Source of the DNA: Rhodosorus marinus CCMP1338
Lineage: Eukaryota > Plantae > Rhodophyta
Length of the DNA stretch: 64,000 nt
Direction: 5' to 3'
NCBI GenBank assembly: GCA_029953675.1
Contig: JAMWBK010000003.1
Location: 1,426,001-1,490,000, forward strand
Every line of letters starts with the position of its first letter. The first letter of the stretch is position 1. The notes under the pieces were generated by a model. That model ran no database searches. It saw nothing but the letters and a program-made list of their open reading frames with translations, and had not been told where the DNA came from. The position numbers and the translations under genes are program-made. Of this stretch, positions 25,964-37,345 are shown piece by piece.

Positions 25964-28484
25964 AACCTCCGATGCAATCGCGCTTGCCTTTTATACCGAA
26001 CTAGTTGGAGCCGTGGGCTGCAACGGATGAAAACAGTCTCGTGTTTCTCCTCCTTTCCGGAGAACAGAACCCCTACTTCACCACAAACAAACCCCTGCTA
26101 CTGTGGAGCACTTCCCACACGATTCTTCGCACAGTCTTGGTACGGTTAAGACGGAATGGAACAGAGTCGCAGTCCAAAACTACGTATGCACTTCCCTAAG
26201 TCACAATCCCAGTCCGATTCACGAAACGTAACGAACTCTGAATAACTTGCAGTTGACCGAAACAGTTTCCAGATCTGACCACTACCTACTCAAGCCCCCA
26301 GACTTCAATATGGTCCATATTTCAGCCTCATATCAGAAGACTTTCACTAATTCGCAACCCAGCCGCCTTACAATTGAAATCAAGACTAGCTTTCCCTAAA
26401 ATCCCATCTCAAAAGGCTAGTCCCTTGGTGAACCATCAATTACTCCTGTTCTAGCATACTGGTAAAGACATCACCACCCGTGCCGCGCAAAGACCCACAA
26501 CCCTGCCTGTCAAACCTACTCCAGCATCCCGAACAGAATCTAACCGTGCTCGGCAACTCCTTTGCCCCCCCGTGGGGTAGCTCTATATTCAGAATTCGAT
26601 AGAACTACCCTCGAACCTCCCCTCATTAAATAGCAACTCAACCTCTATATTTTCTGAATAAGAAAACAAAATTATAAGGGTAGCAATTCCTTCCAACCCC
26701 TATGCAGGAAACAAAATTTTCGTCTATTATAACTCAACTGAACATACCCCTAGGTTGTGAACTGAAGAGGGCACCTCCAAAACCCGCCATGCGTTTTTCA
26801 AGGTAAAAATTGAGGATTTATGGCAAATGACGATATCATTTGTCTCTCTTATTTTTCTTAAAAACAATTACTGGTGGTTTCTGAATCTGAGTTCCTAGAA
26901 TTTTACGGTGTACTACTTTCACAGAGCTGAAGATGCGAACATTCCAGGAAAGGAAATGGAACCCCGGTTTCTACAGTACAATAGGGAGGGTGGACGCATG
27001 AATCGTTGCCGCATGGGAGTCGAATATTTAAAACAAATTCGAATATATACCAGTATCATGATTGTTACCCCCCTCAAAACACGACGTCATCCATATAGCA
27101 TGCTGACATGGGGGAAAGCTGCGAAATGCGTCATGCGATAGTAAAAAATTTTGGTAGAGCGGCTCCTTCCAAATTGGGAAGTGAAATGGAGCTGCAGTGA
27201 GTAGTAATACTATTGCTAGTATATCTGTTCAGTGTATAAATCTATTGAAGCAAAATTGCCGTTCATTCAGACCGTAAATTGTGTGCCTATTTATGTAAAT
27301 CTAGAATGTCTTGTACCGCTTCACACTCTGTGGTTGGATGGCCCCAAATCGCATGAGATGACAAGCTTGTTGGTAGCTTACGGTACTCGTGGAATGAGAG
27401 CGAACAAGGGATCGTCTCTCATAAATGAAGCTTCTTTACCAAAATCGCACTGGTGAACGCAGGAAATGACTCCTTTACAAAGAGTCATTGCCAAGCAAAA
27501 AGAAGAAATCCGTTAGCATGGGATACATGTGATTCTCTTGGACTGTTGTTCTACCGAGAGCTAGCTCATCGCAAGTGCTTTGAAGCTATTCTTGTCCTTA
27601 ACAACCCTTGACTGGGAACACGCCTCAGTTGACTCAATGATGCTGAATTCTGGGACCACCACTCCCTCGGAACACACAACTCTGATTGAACAAAAAGAAT
27701 AGCCTTGGATACGAAAGACTTTTCTCGCACATACTTCTTACAAGGGCGTCGACAGAGATACGCGCCCTCTCGTGGGTGTGAGGAAGCACTCGTAGGACTC
27801 AGAGTTAAAAATTTCGGTTTCTGAACCCTCTACAGCTCTTGATGCTCGAAAGTCCCGGACGCAAGTCGAGAATTCCATGCCAGTTCATCCTGATACTCTC
27901 AATGCCCGTGAACCAGATTCTCAGAGCTAAAATTTCTATATCATGAATGAATTACTAGTTAAATATTTGAAATTCTATGCACAGCTTCAAAATATAGAAT
28001 ATTCTTTTCATAATATTGGAAATCGTCTTATTCTTTCCATTCATTGATCAGGAAAGTATCAATATCTTGACGAGCGCGAAGATCCGGCAGCCTAAAATTT
28101 TTTTCAACGAAAATGAAATGTTTTGAAATTTGAGTTTCGAAGGCTATAGATTGGGAAAAGAGCATCAAAAATTTGAGAATAACGGCTAGTTTAAAAACTC
28201 GGTAAGCAGAGATGAGTTAAAGCATTTTGGGCAGAATGGAACTCGGAGAGGTGGAGCAGGTGAATTGAGGCATTGAGCGTTCACCGATTTTATTGGTGAA
28301 GGTGGTAGAATTGATCTGGAAGATGTTATCTGGGAATTACTCTTACACTGAGGAATCGTGATGGTTTGACGGAGTTTGTCCTCTGGTGTCTGGGTGTCTG
28401 GTGGCTGTCTGGTGGTGGCTGTCTGGTATTTTATATGAGATTTCTTCGTGTCAGTGGTGCGAGCGTGTTTGGAAGAGAGGCAGA

Positions 28485-30088
28485 ATGAGGATGCGGGAGA
28501 ATGGGGAAACTGCGGCTACGCTTAAAAACTCAGAGGATAGACTTCAGGTGGCGAAGACTGTGTTTGAGAAGACGCGCGATGGAAGAACCATTCGCGAGTA
28601 CGAAAGAGGTCACATGCTGGGGAAAGGAGGATTTGCCAGAGTTTATCTATTCCGTGAAAAAAGTACTGAACGTGTTTATGCTGCAAAGGTCGTCACCAAA
28701 TGCGCTGTAAAAAAGCATAGGGCTCGTGAGAAGTTGATGTCGGAAATTCGGATTCATCGATCTCTCAAGCATCCAAACATTGTTCGATTCGTGCGATGCT
28801 TCGAGGACGAGAATCATGTATATATTTTGTTGGACTTGTGCGACTCTGGGAGTCTCACTGATCTCGTCAGAGCTAGAGGTCATCTTACTGAAGACGAAGC
28901 CAGACCTATCCTCCGCCAACTCATTGAAGCAGTAAGCTTCATGCACTCCCGCTGGGTGATTCACCGGGACATCAAACTAGGAAATATTCTCATTCACAAG
29001 GACTCTACGGTTCGAGTCGGTGACTTCGGTCTCGCAGCACAATTGGAGTCCGACAAGCAGCGAAAAATGACCATTTGCGGGACACCGAATTACATTGCTC
29101 CAGAGGTTTTGGACGGCGGAAGGGAAGGCGGGCATTCGTTCGAGGTAGACGTTTGGTCAATAGGAGTCGTGGTCTACACCGTGCTAGTGGGAAGACCCCC
29201 TTTCGAGACCTCCGACGTAAAGCAGACGTACCGAAGAATCAAGAACAACGACTACAAATTTCCGTCCGACTTGCGGCTATCTCGAGAAGCGAAGGGCCTG
29301 ATCACCGCCATTCTCAGCTCAGCCCCAGAACAGAGACCCCTGGTCCAGGATCTCCTCAAACACGAATTCTTTGACCCCAAGATATTACAAGTCACCCGAA
29401 GGCAGCCTAGTGGCGCTCCGCTTCACGAGCCGATGAGGGTCTGCAAATGGATCGACTATTCCAGCAAATACGGACTCGGATATCAACTACGAGATGGAAC
29501 GTTTGGAGTCTATTTCAACGATGCTACCAAAATGCTTCTCTCCGGAGCTTCGGTAGAGTACATAAACGCCTCGGGGGGGTTTGAGGGAAGGGTGCGCTCG
29601 GATGAAGCCCCTGCACATTTGAAAAAGAAAGTGACCTTGTTAAACAACTTCAAGTCGTATCTACAAGCGAGGAAGTCCTCTGGCCAGGAAGAACCAACGG
29701 GCGACGAAAATGAAGATGTAAGTCTTTCACTCAAAATGAGCACACACGCCGCCATGGGTTGACATGGGTTGAGTAACAGGAGGTCAAACCCCACCGGTAG
29801 CTGACCAATCGTCGATGTCGCTTCAATAACTATTTGCAGGGATCTGTGTACGTGAGGCGATGGTGGCACGTGAAGCATGCGTTCCTCTTTCAGCTCAGCG
29901 GGGGCGAGATTCAGGCGAATTTTGACGATAGCTCCGAGGTCGTCCTGTGTAGTCGGACTGGTGTAGTATCGTATCGATCGAAAAAGGGAAGAAGAGAGAC
30001 GTTCCTAGCAAAATCGCTGCCAGACATGCCTGACCTTGCCCGTCGTCTCAAGTACTTACAACAAAGCGTGCCAACGACTAAGAGCTGA
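28485..30088 (+). CDS. PLK1: Polo-like kinase with C-terminal polo-box domain (2 exons)
   Basis: GKGGFARV, YAAKVV, HRDIKLGN, DFGLA, ICGTPNYIAPEV, GHSFEVDVWSIG. Polo boxes KWIDYSSKYGLGYQL and FLFQLSGGEIQANFDD. Intron 29718-29839. Confidence 0.95.
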
Positions 30089-30349
30089 CTCGAATAAAAT
30101 AATCAGAATGTATCTGTTTTTTTTATCCACGCTGCAAGCTGATACTCGCGGATGTCAAAGCGCCCTGCAAACTATGTGGAGCGCTGGACAGCAATTGCTA
30201 TTCTGATAAGTAAAGGTAAGCAAAAAGAAATGTAAGTCTGTCATCGAGCGGTAATTAGCTTCTGTTCTTGTGAAAGCCGCAGACCTGCGCTTTGCACTTT
30301 GAAGCAAAGCGAACCTGTGGGCGTCCTCCGAACTTATTCCGCGGGCGGC

Positions 30350-32400
30350 AAAGGCTTTAATTTCCACAAGCGCTGGCCATTTGGTTCTGGGAAAACGATT
30401 ATCTCGGCGGTTTGGCTGGAATACTCAACCGTCAAATCGTTCGTGGTATCCGGGTCTATCCTACTCTTCAGAAGACCATTCCTTCTTCGTCAATGCATCG
30501 ACTCAAATCCCGAAGGGACAGAAAGAGCAAGGTTCGTCGGGTAGTCCTCGATGCTCTTATTTTGACATCAGCCAACCAACATTGAGAGGCGAAGGCCAAA
30601 GGAAGAAGATGGTCGCCAACCGCTGCTTTCACTGAGCCACAAATCCACAGACCCAAGAATCGAGTCCTTTGATACTCGGAAGCGTCGGCATCTCAGGAAA
30701 GGCCATCATGAATTTTAAACACGAATTTACTGGAACGGACAAAGTCTCCGATGTCTTCATATCGGACTTTGGGATCTTTTCTCTGGCACACAAGTCCCTC
30801 GGAAGCGCCCACCGCTTTTGTCCTGCCTTGGTGTTGTTCCTCAAGAAGACTCGAAGATGTCAATGCAAGAAGGATTTTTCAACTCAAAAGTAGTTTCTAT
30901 ATACAAATAGACGAGTGTCTGGAAACCTCTATCTGAAATCCCGTGCCCTGTACAAGACAGGCGAAGAATGCTCAAGAAAATCTTCCACCCTTGACACCAT
31001 GATGAAAGTCCAGAACCTTGCTAACTGTATTCGAGGACGAAGAACTACAAACACGACGCAACGAATGAACCTCGAGAATAGGGGGGGTCTGACCTCCGCC
31101 AAAGGGCTAAATCAGAAAGACAGTGGAAATGCGACCAACGACCTAGTTGATCCGCAAAGCATTCACCTTATGATTGCCCTTTCCCTCTTGAGGACATGGA
31201 CTTCATCGTCGTTGTGAGTTTTTCAGTGAACCAAGCAGTCGCGCTTTAATGAGGAGAGAAGAAACACCAGCGCTCATTTAAGAAACTTCCTGTGCTTTCC
31301 TGTCATCTCGAAAGCTGCGTGAGGATCAGATTGTGTTTGCCCAAGGTCGATGATGAACTTTGATGAACAGATGATAGGGAACGATAGCAATCCTTGTTTT
31401 GGAATGTGTCTCAGTCTTGATGCTCCGGGATGTGAAAGCTCCTGCTCATAGAGAAAGTGATTCTTCGAATCTCAGTTCGTCACACTGAGGTTTTCTGAGA
31501 ACTTGGAATGTCACAAAGCATAAAGCACTTCTCAGGAGGAAGCCTTTGGTTTTCTTCGCTTGATGATTCTCATGTTCACCGTGATAATTGAAGCGTCATG
31601 AGACGGGTTGAACGGCTCGGCTGTCATCAGCTGTATTTGCTCAAGGTCCTTGTTCCTTCACTGTGCTTATAGGAGACAAGCTCAGTGGCAACTCTTGAAA
31701 GAGGAGCCGGCTTAATCGGCTTGAGGACGACTTGAGAAGAACTTCAGAACTTCAGGCGCAAGCAGAGCGGTAGAGATAGAGAAAAGTATAGCCTAGTGGC
31801 AGATGACTCTGTTGTAGAGGACCTAGAGCAAAAGACAGGCAGGTGAACGTTGACTCGATACTAGCTGAACTTGAGCGACGCCTGCACTTACGCTTGTCAG
31901 ATTCAGAGCTGGCGAGGTAATGACAGTCGCGCGCCGAACTGAGGGGTTTGAAAGATTCGTGTACCGAGCAGCTGAAGAAAGAGCTGTACCAAATTGATTT
32001 TGAACTGTCACGCCCGGATCTACTTTCGATCGAGAAGGAGGCCCTGAGCAGTCTGAGGACCATGACCAACGAGAGGCTGTCCTTTCTTCAACCGAACGCT
32101 TAACCTCGCCAATTGTCTCATAGCAATACTCCAAAGTTGGTCCTTTTTGGAAAGGCGATTCTTCAAACCGCCTCAACAGAGTATGCTGACCTTGTGGAAG
32201 CTGTCATCGCGATAGAATTCCTCAGCTACTTTCCGCTGTGACTTCAAGAAGTCCAGACTTCGAGGTGATTTTTATTTCCCGACCAGACGCATCGCCGCGG
32301 CCCAGCATCCCAGTCGTTGGCGGAACCAGAAGAGAGAGAGTACTATTGAACCATGGATTCTGAGAAATAACCGGTTCGAGGGTCCCTAGGGGTGGCGCAA
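30350..32400 (+). pseudogene. Possible decayed coding sequence (unidentified)
   Basis: Stop-interrupted but protein-like frames, e.g. 31840-32240 VNVDSILAELERRLHLRLSDSELAR**QSRAELRGLKDSCTEQLKKELYQIDFELSRPDLLSIEKEALSSLR. No family recognised. Confidence 0.25.
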
Positions 32401-32584
32401 AAGGCTGGCTTTTCACAACCATCTTACACATTGGACGAGCGCGTTGAAAAACGATAATTTTCTTACATAGCTTGGAGAAACGAATGAGACTATTAGTTTG
32501 TGCGCAAAGAATAAGCTCGCTTGAAGCTCTCGTTTGTACGGTTTTGGTATTGCCATAGAAGGAAGCAGGGAGCGTAGCAGACTT

Positions 32585-32666
32585 TCACGAGCTTTCCTCT
32601 CCGCTGCTGAGTTCAAAGTCACTCCCGTCCTCAGGGCCGTCGTCATCCTCATCCTCGTCTTCATCT

Positions 32667-32713
<47 letters not shown>

Positions 32714-33717
32714 CTTCTCTTCATCATCTTCTTCGTCTTTCGCTGGGGATACTGCGCCCTTCTCGTGATCCGATTTTCCGGTCCCCGGGTCGTCTGTTTC
32801 GCCTTTATAAATATTTCCATTCTCAGGATCTTGCTGTTTCCTGGAAGACGGTCTTCTCCTTGTTTCGGAAATTATGTTTCCTGAGTCAATCCCTTCGAGA
32901 TCCTTTTCCCGCTCAATTTTTTGCCTCAACTTGGTCACCTGCAGAGGCGTCATTTGCATCGCTCCAGAAGCACCTTTCTCCTCCAGGAAGGAGATTAGAG
33001 CTTGATACTTCTCTGACGCCGTTGAAAGGCCGCGGAATCTCACTATAGGGACGTTAAACCCTAGGTCTCGCGTTCTCTGCATTAATTTCTTGAGCTCCGC
33101 TTCAGTTCTGGATCCGACCTTCGCAGGTTGCCTGGACGCTTTGATACTCTTCTTCTGCACCTTCTTCGCTGGGCCTACCGCCTTCACCCCCTCCTTTTTG
33201 GATCGATCTCGTTTGCGGGAAACGGAATCTAGTAGCTCATCTAGATCTTCCTCGCTGCCCTGCGATTCTTCCGGAGGCTTGGCCGCATCATCCTGACTTG
33301 CCTCATCATCTGGAGACTCCTCTTCCTGTTCGTCCTCAGCCTCGTCCTCCTCCTGGTCATCCCTTTCAGGCTGGGACGTAGTCTTGACTTCCAAAAAGTC
33401 GTCTTCAGAGTTTTCCTGTTCATTCACCACCCTTTCCAGAACGGTTCTGATCCTGCTCGCTACACGAGCCCACGAGTCGTCCTTGTCGTCCCCATACCCA
33501 AGGGACTTTCTTACGTGCTCTTTAACCTAGCCAAGCAGAATCAAGGCAAGTAGTAAAGACGGCAAGGTGAGAAACCCCTTGCTCTCTCCTCCATTTCGCG
33601 TTTGGCTGGGCGGGAAAAACGCACCTCGTTGACCTTCAAAACGTTGATGTCCTTCCCCACTATGAATCCTCGAATCAAGGACTCTAATTGTTCTGCCTCT
33701 TCGACTTCAGCATCCAT
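32585..33717 (-). CDS. HIRIP3/Chz1-like acidic histone chaperone (2 exons)
   Basis: N-terminal DEK-C-like helix bundle (LESLIRGFIVGKDINVLKVNE|VKEHVRKSLG), acidic linker, CHZ-like EKDLEGIDSGNIISETRRR, and a poly-Asp/Glu tail. Confidence 0.6.
32668..32709. repeat. (CATCGT)7 microsatellite encoding poly-Asp
   Basis: Seven perfect hexamers within the acidic tail of the minus-strand gene. Confidence 0.9.
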
Positions 33718-34548
33718 ATCGCAACTGTGTGGCTATCACGTACTAAGCGAAAAGACCTTGGCAAGCCTTCTTTCGTGATCATATACCTGTCCACAACTTA
33801 CCCCATCCTTTTCCCTATGAGCGGAGGATTCTAAAGGGGTTGGTTTTACGTCTTGAGAGGACTGGGTTAGGGTCACTCCACCTAGATACGTTTGCAGTCA
33901 AAAAGAAAAGCCGTATAGAGCTGATCCTCAGCGATTTTCGATTATCTCCAGCCGCGCTAAGAAGGTTTGTGGCATCTGCTCCTTCCGATGTCTAACCTTT
34001 GATTTCTTGTGGTCAATCAACTGAGGATAAAAGTGACTGAGGATGGAGCTGGGCATGGCACCCGCTAATATTGCTTTTGGGTGGCCAATTGCAGCGAGAG
34101 AAGAAGGCTACTAGAGCTTCTTTTCTTGCCGCAGTTTTTTACATTGTCCGCTCGTTGCCATTTTGGCCGGGATTTACATCCCACAGCTTGGAGAAACGTT
34201 CGAGAGAGCGTTTTTCTACTACACGGTTCCGCTTCCTGTCGCCTTGGCTTGGGTTTGCTGAGGTTTCAATGTAGTTTCGTATTCACTGATATTCGTGTTC
34301 TGGCGGAAACGGCAACAACCAAGTCTCTTTAAGAGTGTTAGGTTTCAGGTCGGGGCTTTCCCTCGGAGGAGATGACTCACGGGAGCTCTAGGACGATCTT
34401 CCCGAAAAGGGTGGCCGGTTGGGGGTTCTTGCTAGCAACGCTGATGGTAGCTCGAGCAGAACCAAGAGCACTGAGGACGAGCGTTTGAGCTATGTCTATC
34501 CTCAGTTGGTCTATTGTCGAATAGATAGGATGTGAATACGCGAAAAAT

Positions 34549-35758
34549 TTAGTGGCTCTCGCCGACTTTGAGCACGACTTTGCCAAGGTTTCGATTATCT
34601 TTCAGGCAAGCGTGAGCCTCTTCAGCGGCGTCAAGGTTGTACTGTTCGAAAATTCTGTTCTTGAACTCTCCTCGAACGATCTTCGGGACGATCTCGTGGA
34701 ATGCGTCCTGAAAAGGAAGAACCGTGAGAATTAGATGGCTTGTCGATGACCTTTACGGTAGTATTTCCAGCCTACCGTGAACAACGCTCCTTGGTATTCC
34801 AAAGAGCGACTTCGAAGTGTTGTGGTATAGATCGACAGTCGCTTGCGGAGCATCAATCCCAGGTCAACCCCCGCCACCTTGACTCCGCCCAGAGAACCGT
34901 AGACAACCCACCTCCCATCAGTCGCTAATGCGTGCAGGTTTGCATCCCAGTACTTAGCACCGACAGGGTCCAAGATCACATCAACAGGATTTACCTCAAA
35001 GCGAGTTCCTGCTTCCTCGGTCCACGACGGTTTTAGTCCAGTAGCTGCACCAAGCTGCATCGCAACCTTCAACTTTGCATCGGTTCTCGCAGTCGCAATG
35101 ACAGAAGCTCCAGTGCTGCTCGCAAGCTAGTAAGTTGGCAAAAACACTGTTGTCAGGTTCACGGAATCGCAGACCGGATTTCTCCAAGAAGTCCAAGGGG
35201 TCCCCCAACCTGAACTGCAGCCAGGCCAACACCGCTGCCAGCCGCGTGCACAAGAACTGTATCGGTCGCCCTGGTTCGTGATATCCGATGAACAAGCTGA
35301 TAGGCAGTTGTCCATACTTCCGGTATTGCTGCTGCGTCACTGAGCTTCATCTCGTCCGGGACGTTGGCAACACATCCTTGGTCAATTGCAACGTACTCAG
35401 AGTAGCCACCCCCCTTCAGCAGAGCGGCTACACGATCGCCGACGCGAAACTTGTGGGCCTCGTTCCCTAACGCTTCAATCGTTCCTAGACGTCCAATGTC
35501 GGAAGTCCAAAAAAGCTTTCAGCATGCATTGCGAAAAGTTTGCTAGAATTTTTCGACTGCTAGCATACCGGAACACTCCAAACCAATAATATCACTAGCT
35601 CCTGCTGGTGGGGGATAGTGCCCGTCCTTTTGAAGTAAATCAGCTCGATTCACTCCTGCATATGCAACCTTAACAAGAACTTCAGAGCCAGATGGAACAG
35701 GGACGGCACGCTCCACCATCCTCAAAACCTTGTCACGGGCGATCACGGCCCTCATCAT
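34549..35758 (-). CDS. NAD(P)H:quinone oxidoreductase, PIG3/zeta-crystallin MDR family (multi-exon)
   Basis: VKVAYAGVNRADLLQKDGHYPPPAGASDIIGLECSG, AAAIPEVWTTAY, VLVHAAGSGVGLAAVQ, VDVILDPVG, GRWVVYGSLGG, STLRSRS, NLGKVVLKV. Confidence 0.92.
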
Positions 35759-35995
35759 TCTGTCCCGACCAGGTGGAACTGAACCATTAAACGAGAGGCG
35801 ATACAACTAGCTTTCACCATTTACAAAACCTTACGATATGACGCCGCGCAATCTTGAGCCATCAGGCACATCAATAATATTCCAACCGATGGGATTGACA
35901 TCGCACTCTTCACAGATCTTCCCCAGTTGTGCGCTAGACTTCAGATACGTTGAATCCAGAGTAACATCCTGATTACCTTGGACTACTTCGCTTCC

Positions 35996-36322
35996 GGGCT
36001 ATCCCTCGGCAGTCCCCGCTATGACTTACTCAGGGCTTGTCTTTGGATGAATGTCATTCTTGAAAAAAGCCAGGGATTCAAGCTCCTCATGAAGCGAGGG
36101 TTTACAAAAATAATGGCCACCGAGCTATCCCTCGGCAGCCCCTGCCTATGCCTTACTCAGGGCATGTCTTTCGATGGATGTCATTCTTGAACAAAGCCAC
36201 GGATTCAAGCTCCTCATGAAGCGAGGGTTTGCGAAAATAATGGTTCCAACGCAGAGCCCCCGCCTATCGCCTTACTCAGGGCTTATTTTTGGATGAATGA
36301 TTCTTGAACAAAGCCAGGATTC
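35996..36322. repeat. Imperfect tandem repeat, unit ~120-127 bp, ~2.7 copies
   Basis: GCTATCCCTCGGCAG at 35998 and 36124. TTACTCAGGGC at 36026, 36153 and 36272. GGATTCAAGCTCCTCATGAAGCGAGGGTTT occurs twice. Confidence 0.92.
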
Positions 36323-37345
36323 TCACCTTGAGTAGCCCCCGTAATAAGCTGCTGCGAACGCTCCTCTCTTGCCAGGGTGTTGATCAGCTCATATCCGAAC
36401 CACTGACTCTACCGAACAACTCATGACCCTACCCAATCCTGAACCTTTCGGATTAAAATAGACTTGATGCACTGCTCTGTTGGATACCGAGAACGATCAT
36501 TCAGAGTCCAGATACGTGGACGGTCGGTTTACTTCTTCTAGAAGAGAGTACGAATACGGTTCCTGAATTTAGGCTTCAGAAGCGATAACTCGCTTCAGCC
36601 ACTTGAGTCATAAAGAGATCCGCTCTACAACCGCATCTAACAATAGTAACCCCATTCCGAACCGAGCTCCAATGACCCAGAAGTTCCCTTCGTACGGAGA
36701 CATAATCAACAAAACGACGAAACGCTCAAACCTATAAGAACATTATAATAGTATGGTCATATCCCAAACACGAGATATGGCCGATGACACCCAAACCCAC
36801 CTCATCAGGCCAAAGCTCAAAACAATAAATGAAAATGAAAAAAAACACAATTAAAACATCACTAAAAAAATGAGGTCCAAGATATTGATTGAAAAGTATA
36901 AAATCTTGACATAATCTAGCTTTCAATCAAAATATTCGTTGGGAAAGGACGATTTCCATATTTCATTTGGAAAAAAAGGAATGGGTAACCCCCGTTAAAT
37001 TTATGATGAAAATTCTGTTCTTTATCATTTTTAATTATTATTTTTTTCGCTTTCGATGGGGATGGGAGACGCGCGGGGTAGCGGAAGTGGACGGGAAAGG
37101 AATCGAAATGTGAGAGGTAGGACGTGCAAGTGGTAACCGGGGCGGGGGGACTGGGAAGTGGATGGGTAGCTGAAGGTGTGAGTGGATTTTTTTTTATATT
37201 GTGAGGGAATTGGACCTACTGAAATGATTAGAAAGTTTTCCGGTTAGGATAAGCTAAGCTTGGCTTCCTTTTATGGGGCGGTGGATGTAGGTATATCTTG
37301 AGAGTGTGTTTTTTAATGTTTGGTTTGTTCAACTGCCGTTCAGAG

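Noticed and set aside
26575-26610. 12-bp imperfect hairpin GGGTAGCTCTAT/ATAGAACTACCC
   Set aside because: Short, with one mismatch; within chance expectation.
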